A stretch of 62,878 nt of DNA, counting the filler, from Hyphochytrium catenoides (lineage: Eukaryota; Protista; Hyphochytriomycota), in assembly GCA_900088475.1 (NCBI GenBank). It is 8 parts of 8 records of this genome, joined end to end, with 100 filler letters (N's around TTAATTAATTAA, not from the genome) between each part and the next. Parts side by side here need not be neighbours in the genome. Positions count along the whole stretch, not along the records: positions 11,596 to 42,160 come from FLMG01003532.1; positions 42,261 to 43,400 come from FLMG01000340.1; positions 43,501 to 46,062 come from FLMG01001186.1; 5 more parts are not named here. One strand, written 5' to 3'. Position numbers and translations under genes: made by a program. Positions 36,132 through 46,162 of this stretch are shown piece by piece. The notes beneath the pieces were generated by a model. The model was given only the letters and a program-made list of their open reading frames with translations, was not told the origin of the DNA and made no database searches. Each line of letters begins with the position of its first letter. The stretch's first letter is position 1.

Positions 36132-39100
36132 TTACTCGTCATCTTTCCCTTTAGTGGAGCTTCCTGCCAACTGGGACTCCGGGACCACAACGCCCTTCAC
36201 TGCCAGGAACAACGGCTTTCCAATCAAGACCGCAAGCACCACCGTGGTGTTTAGGATTATGAAGATGGAGTTGAGGACAAAGTGAGCAGTAGGTGGAAAG
36301 TCCAGGAAGTTAAGAAAGACCAGAAGAGCACCCAAGAAGCTCGTGTTATAGATTGCAAAGCCAATCTGCCGACTCTCGTTGAATCGCTGGAACTTGCCTG
36401 TGACCGCGCCTTGTACTCGGAAGCATAACAGCGAGCCCCATAAGAGCATCACACCTTCAGCGGCGACGATGCCCCATGGCGTCCACGAATATTGAGAAGC
36501 ACAAGCTTCATAGCGCTCTCCAGAGCCCGAGACCCAAGTTTCCACCATCCGTGGAGGATCAAGCAGTGTCCATAGTGTCATATAGAAGACAAAGAACGAT
36601 AGAATACCCGCAAAGAACTTCATCACCTGAGAATCTGTGATAAGGACCTTTGTGAGCTTCTTCTTACTGAATATCAAGGCTACTCGACGGGTCTTGGCGA
36701 ACAGCGGGCCGAAGATGAAACAGAAGGATAGATGGCCTATCCATGGCTGCGCGACGCAGACGGCATTGGTTGGAAGGGGATAAAGGGCGAAAACAACGGC
36801 ATAGCACATGATGGCCCCGAAGCACGTCACCAAGGTGAATTTGAAGCTGCCGCGGAGGAGAACATATTGCCGGTGATAGCACAGGAGAACCACTAGTACC
36901 AAGGCAAGAGCCGTGAACACCGCTGCTAGGATGGCCACTGCAAGCCTCGTAGTGCCAAGCTCAAAGTCCACGTTTAGAGGGGCACGGAAGCCACACGACT
37001 CAAAATTCAGTCGGCTCTCAGGAAGGTCATACACAGAGCCATTGCGAGATAGCCCTGTCAGCCAAACGTTCTTCATACATTGATTGCATGGTTCGCCCTC
37101 GTCGCTGGAATCAATGAAAGGTCCGCACTGTAGATCCCCAAACGAGAAGCTTCCCGAGTCATAAAATGCATTCAACAGCTTCTCGCGACTATCGAAGCTC
37201 CCTGCCAATCGCTTTAGCCCGCTAATTAGCATCTGTGCAGTTAGATAACCTTCCAAAGTCGCAGCGTTCCTCTCAGCGGTCTTATTAAGGCGGTCGACAG
37301 AGCTATGAAAGTCCCTGACGACCTTTAGGTCGGTGTTGGTTGGCAAGGGAACAACCGACGAGAAAAGAAACCTGTCTAGGGCAGAAGGGGAGGCAACGGC
37401 CGCTGCTGCCAGCTGCTCGCCTACTTCAGAGCTTTCCACAGTGGAGAATGCCAAGAACCAAAGGTCAGGGAATGAGCTCCCCCATGATCTAATGGCCTCA
37501 GTCACAAATGCTATCAACACATCGGTAGGCACGATCATAATAATAGCTTCAGGTGCCTGGCCCGAAGCTTCACCACCTTCCATCAAGTGCCTCAATGCCT
37601 CGTTAAGACTGGATGAGGAAACAGCGTTATAGGCGTACTGAGAAGCTGCCGACAGGCGCTTAGTAGCTAAAGCGTCCCTGACGACTCCACTAAGCTCTTG
37701 GCCAAAGCTGTCATCTGTATATAGTATGGACACCCTGGTAACTGCATGTGTCTCATAAAGAAACTTGATCATGGCCATTGCTTCGTCATAGTAGGAAGCC
37801 CTAAGATTTATTGCCGTCCTGTCAAACGGTCGTCGGAGATGAAGAGACCCATAGGGAGATCCAATAAATGGAAGCGGTTGTCCAGAGACTGTTTTTGCGA
37901 GATCAAACGCTGTCCTGCTGTCCCAGGACGAACCTAGAATGGCAAGAAGGTCAGGGTTACTAACAAGGGAGAGCACTGCATTGCTCTGTGCCGCTGAGGA
38001 GGAGCCGTCAGAAAGGTCGTCATACACAGACGTGAGATCTAACTTGATGCCCAGCAAGCCACCAGCGTCATTGATATCCTGAAACGCGGCGCGGAGACCA
38101 GTGTTGAAGGCGATACTATTGGCTACATGCATGCCTTTCCTAGGTAAGATTTGACCAAACTTAAGAAACGTCCACGCTTTCGGGAGGTAGCCACAGCTGT
38201 CAAAGCTAAAGTATGGCTGGTCTTCTAGCTTTTGATAGCGACCCTGCGGAGCAATACTGGTGAGGCCGATCGTCCGCATGCAGATGTTACACCCGCCGTT
38301 CAGGTCCTTAGGCAATAAAGGTCCACAGCGTAGCCCATCAAAGTTGAAAGAGCCTGAGTCATATATCTCCTCAAGGAACCGCTCTCGGGTAAACGTGTTG
38401 GTTCCTATGCGTCTGATGGCGTCGACTACCAGGCGCCCCACCATATATCCCTCGATCGCAGCCGAGGAATCGTATGATGTAAGGTTGTTCGTGCCAAGAG
38501 GTGACGATGGTGAGGCCGCAGCCTGGTGCATTGCCGCCTGGTAGCTCATGACAATGGGCTGTGAGGTGTCGTGTGCTAAAGGCACCACCTGGGTGACGAC
38601 GATATTTCTAAGCACTGTGGCCGGCACCCCAGATTGGTTGTTGGCAAGTATGTCCACAAAGGGTTGTGCCACGTTTGATAGCGCCGCATACATCGTTGAA
38701 AGGGGCAACACCTTGGCTGCCTCCCTTATAAACACTGCACTAGCTTCACTGACGCCGCCCACTATGACGGCCTCTGGCTTCTGATCAGAGTGGTTTGCTA
38801 TATATTGAAGGGCAGCGCTAATGTTGCTCGTGCCTCTGGGATAGCGGCCTTCGCTATGTAGGCGCAAGTTGTTGGATTCTAATGCCAACAGAAGCCCCTC
38901 TCGACAGGCCTCCCCAAATGAGTCATTTTGCATCAGAAGTGCTATTCTTTTGATCTTCTTTACGTTGATCAGATATTCAACCACCGTTGCCGTCTCATCC
39001 AAATAGGATGGCCTTAAGTTGACGATATGCTTGCTAAAGGGCTTACTGAGGAAAGGTGCTCCAGTCAGAACACCAATAAAAGGATAACCACCCGCAGTAA

Positions 39101-39491
39101 TTGATGGTAAGGCAGCTTCTGCCGTCGCTGTACCAAGCCATCCTATCATTGCGAAGATATCACTCCGGTTGCTTAGGGCTTCTGCGTATTGCCTAGCTTT
39201 GGCGGGAAGATACTGATCGTCATACGACTCCAGTCTAAAGGACAAGCCAGGGATGGCCGCGGTGACATTTGCCTCGTAGAAAGCGGCCTCAAGACCATAG
39301 CGGATGCCAAAGCCTCTAGAAGAGAGTTGACCACTCTGCGCAGAAGCCTGCGCGAAGATGATGGTTGCATTTAAGCCGCAGACGTTGGATCCGAACAGGG
39401 CGGGTGGTGAGGAGCCAAGTGCCTCCTGACAAATGGTGGACACTGTCAGCATCATTGACAGCCATGCTGCAGATGGATATGGCAGCCACAT
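36132..39491 (-). CDS. Class C (GABA-B/Grl-like) GPCR with two tandem type-1 periplasmic-binding (Venus flytrap) domains, intronless, 1119 aa
   Basis: Signal peptide; two ~400-aa repeats (NLRPSYLDET / NLRASYYDEA, QNDSFG / TDDSFG, EGYMVG / EGYLTA). 7TM with VCVAQPW..LSFCFIFGPLFAKTRRVALIF, LWTLLDPP and FNESRQIGFAIYN. Confidence 0.9.
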   Translation of the reverse strand: MWLPYPSAAWLSMMLTVSTICQEALGSSPPALFGSNVCGLNATIIFAQASAQSGQLSSRGFGIRYGLEAAFYEANVTAAIPGLSFRLESYDDQYLPAKARQYAEALSNRSDIFAMIGWLGTATAEAALPSITAGGYPFIGVLTGAPFLSKPFSKHIVNLRPSYLDETATVVEYLINVKKIKRIALLMQNDSFGEACREGLLLALESNNLRLHSEGRYPRGTSNISAALQYIANHSDQKPEAVIVGGVSEASAVFIREAAKVLPLSTMYAALSNVAQPFVDILANNQSGVPATVLRNIVVTQVVPLAHDTSQPIVMSYQAAMHQAAASPSSPLGTNNLTSYDSSAAIEGYMVGRLVVDAIRRIGTNTFTRERFLEEIYDSGSFNFDGLRCGPLLPKDLNGGCNICMRTIGLTSIAPQGRYQKLEDQPYFSFDSCGYLPKAWTFLKFGQILPRKGMHVANSIAFNTGLRAAFQDINDAGGLLGIKLDLTSVYDDLSDGSSSAAQSNAVLSLVSNPDLLAILGSSWDSRTAFDLAKTVSGQPLPFIGSPYGSLHLRRPFDRTAINLRASYYDEAMAMIKFLYETHAVTRVSILYTDDSFGQELSGVVRDALATKRLSAASQYAYNAVSSSSLNEALRHLMEGGEASGQAPEAIIMIVPTDVLIAFVTEAIRSWGSSFPDLWFLAFSTVESSEVGEQLAAAAVASPSALDRFLFSSVVPLPTNTDLKVVRDFHSSVDRLNKTAERNAATLEGYLTAQMLISGLKRLAGSFDSREKLLNAFYDSGSFSFGDLQCGPFIDSSDEGEPCNQCMKNVWLTGLSRNGSVYDLPESRLNFESCGFRAPLNVDFELGTTRLAVAILAAVFTALALVLVVLLCYHRQYVLLRGSFKFTLVTCFGAIMCYAVVFALYPLPTNAVCVAQPWIGHLSFCFIFGPLFAKTRRVALIFSKKKLTKVLITDSQVMKFFAGILSFFVFYMTLWTLLDPPRMVETWVSGSGERYEACASQYSWTPWGIVAAEGVMLLWGSLLCFRVQGAVTGKFQRFNESRQIGFAIYNTSFLGALLVFLNFLDFPPTAHFVLNSIFIILNTTVVLAVLIGKPLFLAVKGVVVPESQLAGSSTKGKDDE

Positions 39492-40802
39492 TTTGCCACT
39501 AGAGGGAGCGGGCCCTCTGAGTCCGTCGTTGTCGGCTCAGGATCGCATGATACCAACTACTACTCGAAGCGCTGACAAGGCGGGCGTGAAGTTTTACAAG
39601 TGAACGGCAATGGTGATTGACATTAACCTTGTTTTTATCTGTTTAGTCCACATACCAGACGGAGGTCAAGCCATGTCATACACCAGGATTCAGGGCTATT
39701 TTCTCTACTTCTCTCTCTCTCTCTCCTGGAGCGCTCTGTTGCGCGCTCCAGCTAAGTACATGAAGAGTCGAAGTTGCGGTTAGTACCTCCCAGCTATCCT
39801 TAGCTTATAAGGAAGCATCATCTCCTACAAGGGACTCCACAGATGGTGGAGAGGAGGTTTAGCGACAACATAGCCAAGGGAGTCCATTATAGGTTCTGCA
39901 GTCTTATTTCTCTTCCAAAGAGAGCAGTTTTTATGTGAAGTCTAACATGAACTGCACTTCCCTCTTCTTCACAACTGAAGGGCTTGGCACTACTTAACGC
40001 CCAGCTGTTCGTTGCATCCTCTCCCATTACAAGGAAGAGTGATGGTGATGGGCACGGGCAGCAGCGCGGAACAGCTAGGTAGAACAGTCCTTTCCTACGC
40101 TTCTTGAGACGTCTTCGTGGCAGTTGACCAGCACCCAGCCTAATAAGCAGTAGCCAACAGCGCTGTTGCTCGGAGACAGTGCACTGCTGGTCTGAGATTG
40201 TGATGTGGGGTGTGTCTTGATAACTAGGAAATAACGGTTGTTACAATCTTGGAAGATCCTTGAATGAGAGTGAGAGAGAGGGAAATGTGGCGTGCTTTCT
40301 GACAGCATCAGAGGTATTGGGCCGTCCCACTACCTGCTATGTTATCCTCTGCGCTATCCAGAATGATTCTGTCCATTATTGACCTTATTTCTCATGATTC
40401 CACAATTTTATCTAGAATATCAAGGTATATTGGTTCCTCTACACCCAACCGATCGACCTCGAGTTGCTATCAGAATCTGCCTTCCTTACCCCCCTCTGCT
40501 GAGGGTTCGTCTTATCGGTGGGACGAGATGGTAGGACGGAGTGGTAGGACCGAGGTCGTTAGCGGCTCAATCCAACCAAAATGGGAGGCTTCGATAAGAC
40601 TCCCAAATTACCTGCTGGTGGGTGGATGGAGGGAAGTCAAGCTTCTATTACGAATCCTCCAGCGTTATAAGGAATTTTGAAACCTACATGTAGATGAGAA
40701 ATGTTTCAAGACCAGAAACGAACCGCAGATGTGAAACACCTTGTGCTGCAATAGTAGTAAGAAGATAAGGCCTTAGTAGGATGACGATACCGCAGCAACC
40801 AG

Positions 40803-41532
40803 CAAATGAAGCACAGAAGAATCGTTTTCTGCAGATAGACTACCGGCAGCTGCAGCGTAACTTGAATCTCGAGCGCGGCAGATTTAATACATAATTCGTA
40901 TTCGTATTCATCCGACCCGCGAATGATGAGGGGAAGAAAGAGAAGAGCTGGCTTATCTATTATTCTTCTGCTTCCTTTTTATTAGCCTGCTGGCTTGCTG
41001 TTGTTGTGTCCACTTCNNNNNNNNNNNNNNNNNNNNNNNNNNNNNNNNNNNNNNNNNNNNNNNNNNNNNNNNNNNNNNNNNNNNNNNNNNNNNNNNNNNN
41101 NNNNNNNNNNNNNNNNNNNNNNNNNNNNNNNNNNNNNNNNNNNNNNNNNNNNNNNNNNNNNNNNNNNNNNNNNNNNNNNNNNNNNNNNNNNNNNNNNNNN
41201 NNNNNNNNNNNNNNNNNNNNNNNNNNNNNNNNNNNNNNNNNNNNNNNNNNNNNNNNNNNNNNNNNNNNNNNNNNNNNNNNNNNNNNNNNNNNNNNNNNNN
41301 NNNNNNNNNNNNNNNNNNNNNNNNNNNNNCAAATGAAGCACAGAAGAATCGTTTTCTGCAGATAGACTACCGGCAGCAGCAGCGTAACTTGAATCTCGAG
41401 CGCGGCAGATTTAATACATAATTCGTATTCGTATTCATCCGAATGATGAGGGGAAGAAGGAGAAGAGCTGGCTTATCTATTCTTCTGCTTCCTTTGTTAT
41501 TAGCCTGCTGGCTTGCTGTTGTTGTGTCCACT
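40803..41532. repeat. Near-identical ~210-bp segments flanking a scaffold gap (probable two alleles)
   Basis: 40803-41016 and 41330-41532 match apart from a few SNPs and indels, on either side of an N run. Confidence 0.8.
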
Positions 41533-42160
41533 TCTTGAAAATGGACAGAAGAGAAGGCGACGGGAAGGTGCAGACCGGCGGCAGCGGCAATCTTCTTCTT
41601 GGCTCTTTTTCTTTGTTTTTGGTGGAAAGGCAGACGGTGAGAGTTTGATGCTTCTTATTATTTTAGCGTAGTCGCCATAGAGGAGCTCTCTTTGCATGCA
41701 GCAGCGGCAGAACAGCAGGTGCATCAACACTGGGATCCATTGCTTGCCGCGATCAAAGAACAGAAGAAAGAGGAGCGCTCCTCGTTGTTGTTGCTTTCTT
41801 CTTCATTCGCCTTTGAACAACGGCCTCATCTAACTTTTTGCAGTGCCCACCAGGAGGAGGAGAAGAGCGCCGCNNNNNNNNNNNNNNNNNNNNNNNNNNN
41901 NACTTTCTTCGCTTTTACAACAGGAGTGCAACAAGAAGAAGAGAGATTGACACAGAGCCAAAATAATCAGTTTGTTTCATCTAACAGTTCTAACAAGCCC
42001 CCGATGGGAATTGCATTTCGAAGTCTTTGGAGCTTGAGAGGAGCTTGCCGCCCAACGTTCTTCTCTGATCTACACCCCTAGTGGTGAGCAATAACTGCTA
42101 ATAAGAGAATCTAGAGCTATTCTCCGAAATTCTCATGATGGAACTTGCAATTCTACGGCC

Positions 42161-42260
42161 NNNNNNNNNNNNNNNNNNNNNNNNNNNNNNNNNNNNNNNN
42201 NNNNTTAATTAATTAANNNNNNNNNNNNNNNNNNNNNNNNNNNNNNNNNNNNNNNNNNNN
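42161..42260. other. Artificial contig linker
   Basis: 44 N + TTAATTAATTAA (42205-42216) + 44 N. Confidence 0.97.
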
Positions 42261-43400
42261 TATTATAGGCGGCGGCACGCCGCTGATGCTTGTTGCTGCC
42301 GATCGTCAGCGAGACCTCACCACCCCAAACTACGCTAAATCTAATGTTTACTAGCCTGACGGGTTGGTCATAGGCACCGAAATCATAATAAAAGGGACTG
42401 TCGTAGTGAGGCGGGCGACCAATATCCGTGGGAGCCGCAGCGATTGAAGCGTCAATTTGCCGCAACAATTCCACTCTCTTTTGCAGCAGAGAATGCTGGC
42501 TACTACTCTCTATAGTTATAACCAGAGGAGTCTCACACCCAGCCCATTCCGGCAGCACGAGCGCCCTCACGAGGTCAAGATTATTCTTTCAGACCATTTC
42601 TTGCCAAGTAAGACGTTTGAGGGAGCAACCAAGCAACAGCGAGGCTCACAAGGCAGGATATAAGACCTTGGGTCAGCGCGACACGACGTCGTGACAAAAG
42701 ATGAGGTGCAGCAGGGGTATCATGAAATTACCTGCCCTCAGCTTACCCTCGCTCACTAACAGCCGTCTCGGTCATACCTCCTTCTTGAGGGCTTTGCCTC
42801 GATGGTAGTGTCCCAATAATGCAGCCTTCGGTGGGTTCTGTTGCAGCATGTGGCTCTCTCACACTTGGGATACGATGATCAATGGGGCAAGCTGACAGGC
42901 ATTGTTGACTGGCAGCCAGTATTATAGGAGTCACAAGATTTATGCCGCATGCAAAGCCTAATCGTATGACCACGCGGCATTCGTAGTTCTCCTCGTCTCC
43001 TTCTTTATCTTCTTGCTTCTATCAACTCTCTATGAAGTAGTAGTAGGTACCATGAGTCCTTAGGTATAGGGACAGTGAGGTTACTAGTTGTAGGTCACTC
43101 CACTACTTTCAATGACATCAACAGTGTCACACCATTATTTTTGACCTTAAGAAGATATTCTACAACCTCTTACTAGCAAGAAGCTTGGCTTACTCTGTGC
43201 ACTCGCTTCGTAAGAACCTTATTTACTCTTCTTACAGGTTCACATACGAGATACTCTCTTTCCGCATCTTAACTATTCTGATAACTACTGGTACTGAAGG
43301 TCATCTATCACCAGTAGGGTAGTATAGAGATTTGTAGTAGTGCTCTTTAATGCTTTCTAGTAGTAAGAGCTTTCTAAAAGTGGCCAATAAAAGTAGTTGT

Positions 43401-43500
43401 NNNNNNNNNNNNNNNNNNNNNNNNNNNNNNNNNNNNNNNNNNNNTTAATTAATTAANNNNNNNNNNNNNNNNNNNNNNNNNNNNNNNNNNNNNNNNNNNN
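43401..43500. other. Artificial contig linker
   Basis: 44 N + TTAATTAATTAA (43445-43456) + 44 N. Confidence 0.97.
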
Positions 43501-43799
43501 GGTTGACGGAGTGGTTCGTGTGTTCTATGGAAGAGACTTCATATCTATCACAAAGAGAGAGGATGTGGGCTGGGAGGTAAGCTCTGGGCGATGTGGATGC
43601 CGAAACCTACTTCTAAACGCTACAAAGCTTCTGTTTCTGAATGTTTTGATACTCGATGTCGTTGGCCATTACTTGCAATTGCGATAAACTATGGCGGACC
43701 CTCGTTGGCCTCAGCGACTTCAGGATTGTACCCGACCTAGTCCAACCCTGTCGTCGTCTTGCGGCGGTAGGCAGCTCTGGTGACATTCTTTGAGTTGCC

Positions 43800-44885
43800 C
43801 TGCATCGACTAAGCTCTTCTATTCTCCTTTGCTCTTCTAGGATCTCAAACCCTTTCTCTTCTCCATAATAATGGATTATTACGCAGAAGGCAAGCCCATC
43901 GTCACAGAACCTACTAGGCCTCCTGCGGTAAGTGTCGGCGCTAACCTCTCTCTCTTATGCGTCCATTTCTCGGTTTAGTTGGAAGTCGTGAACTCCCAGC
44001 TCTCCTAGTTGGTGCTTTATGGAGTCTGCACTTCAAACTCATCTTTAGCAACTAATGTTCATCACGCCGTGCACGTTCCGTGTTTGTTCTATCCCTATGG
44101 TCGGCTCTGATTCTTTGCATGTTCCTCCGTCTAAAGGTGCTCGAAAGCCGAAGCACGGTTTACTTTGAGCTCTTCCAATACTTGGATCCCTTGTTAGACA
44201 CTGTAAGGGCCGTCAAGAAGTATCTGTTCTAGAACGAAGGGAGCTGGCGCTGTCAAGCACGCAGACTCGCCCTTCGTTGATGTAGAACAGAGTAAAATGC
44301 TTCCGCTCTGCGTCAGCCTCCGAATCAGCCTCAGACCCAGAGCTAGTCTCAAGATCATTGTCTACAAGAATGACTGGAACGATGATCCTGTCAGAGTCCT
44401 TGTAATTAACTTCTGGCAGCGCATTAGAAGGATGAACCCTATAGAAGCGGATATCGAGATAGTACTCGGCCAGCATGACCATCCAGGCGTTTATGACCTC
44501 TGCCTCTATCTCTTGCAACTTGAGCCCTCGCCCCTCTGGCCAAAAACTCTATAGTCCTCGTGATGAGGAGTCAATAAATAGAAAGTAAGCGAGAGGCTGT
44601 TGAGGAGGACGATCAGCTACCGTAGAAAAGCGCCGCGAGCTCTCGCGGGATGTTGTCATTTCTAAGCTCTGCTCTTATTCGCTTCTCTCGCCGTTTTTCT
44701 CTCCTCTTCAGTCCGCGATGACGCTGCCTTGACAAGTTGTGGATGGAGGGCGGTTCAGCTTTCCGATGTCTCTCCTCTTTGTACGCTCGCTGAGCGCTAC
44801 TGAGACCATCCTTGGAACGCGAAGCCTCATTCTCGTTGTGAGGAGGGAAGTGCGTAACCCTCTTTACCTCTCTCCCAAGACCCAA
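43800..44885 (-). pseudogene. Ulp1/C48 SUMO-protease-like relic
   Basis: 44213-44518 reads EAEVINAWMVML...RIIVPVIL...KHFTLFYINEGRVCVLDS, the Ulp1 pattern (IN.., iivP, H(W/F).l, lDS). Flanking frames are broken by stops. Confidence 0.55.
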
Positions 44886-46062
44886 ACCCCTTCTATCTCT
44901 TTTGAGATGTGTAGATACAGGTTCGACCCGCCTTAGCCATCACCTGCCACACTGAGCTTCTCAGCAGCTGGTTGACCGGTTGTTGACCTCATTGGCGATT
45001 CTCATTGAAGAGCTCGCATGATCTGACTGTTACGGACAAGGCGCTCTATCATTGATAAAGCCCCTTACCGCAACGTCGCTAACGGCAAACAGAATCATGC
45101 CGCTTACGACAAGGCTGAAGAACAAGCACATGATGCCAACTCTCCCTGTCTCAACTGCGAGAGCAGCAACTTCCTCTTCCTCTTCTTTCCCTCTGGACCT
45201 CGGCATCGATCAGCAGGAAGAAGCAGTTGACGCACTCATTATCATCTTTGAAAAGACACAAGGTGCAGGACGTTGAAGAAGTGCAAGCCGTTACTCCAGT
45301 CGTGCCTACGGCCGAGCCTCCTGTAGACTCTCTTCTTCCTCTTTCGTCAGACCCCATCAGTCCAGCAACAGATAAGGAAGTCTACCTACACAGTTCGGCT
45401 CTCTGGAGGAGCTCTAGACTCTTAGAGCGTGGCAGGCGCATGATGCCTCAACCGAGCATCATGATGCTATCACAACTTCCAACCAATGAGAAGCGTTAGC
45501 TCACTGGAGTTATTCAGTAGCAAATTCTGATTGGCACTTCTCTCTCTCGTCAGCAAACCTTCGACCGTGCCACGTGTCAGGAGTGCTGCTGGAGCGTGCC
45601 GCTTGGCAAGAAGCCTCCTATCAAGACCAGATTCTCTTAGCAGCTTATGCTTCTCTCCTCTTCTTCTCTCGCTAACTACTGTCCCAGCTTTGGTTTCCCT
45701 AGTGAGACTCCATCGATAGTAGTCAGCTCTAATTCTTTATGCTTTAGCTTAAGAAGTAGGACTTAGCACTGCTAGACACCGTAGTAGTAATAGACTTAGC
45801 AGAATAGCAAGTAGGTAGATTCTCAAGCTTAGTCGAGCTCGTGCTCTTCTTCATAACCCTTCATCAATCTCACTCTCAAATTTCCCGGCTTCATCAAAAG
45901 CTCTATCAACTAGGCGCACAAAAGAGAGTCCTACACTGTAGACCGTCATTAGGAATCCAGTACTCCCAACCGCTTGCGTTCAGAATAGTCACACTGAGCG
46001 TAACATGGTGAGGCTTGAGCGACGCGAAGCCTAAACGTCAGATGCCATCCATCACTATCAAC

Positions 46063-46162
46063 NNNNNNNNNNNNNNNNNNNNNNNNNNNNNNNNNNNNNN
46101 NNNNNNTTAATTAATTAANNNNNNNNNNNNNNNNNNNNNNNNNNNNNNNNNNNNNNNNNNNN
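46063..46162. other. Artificial contig linker
   Basis: 44 N + TTAATTAATTAA (46107-46118) + 44 N. Confidence 0.97.

Noticed and set aside
40803-41532. Direct repeats or LTR pair around an unknown insert
   Set aside because: The copies directly flank an N gap and differ by small indels, typical of two alleles scaffolded in tandem. No LTR termini are visible.
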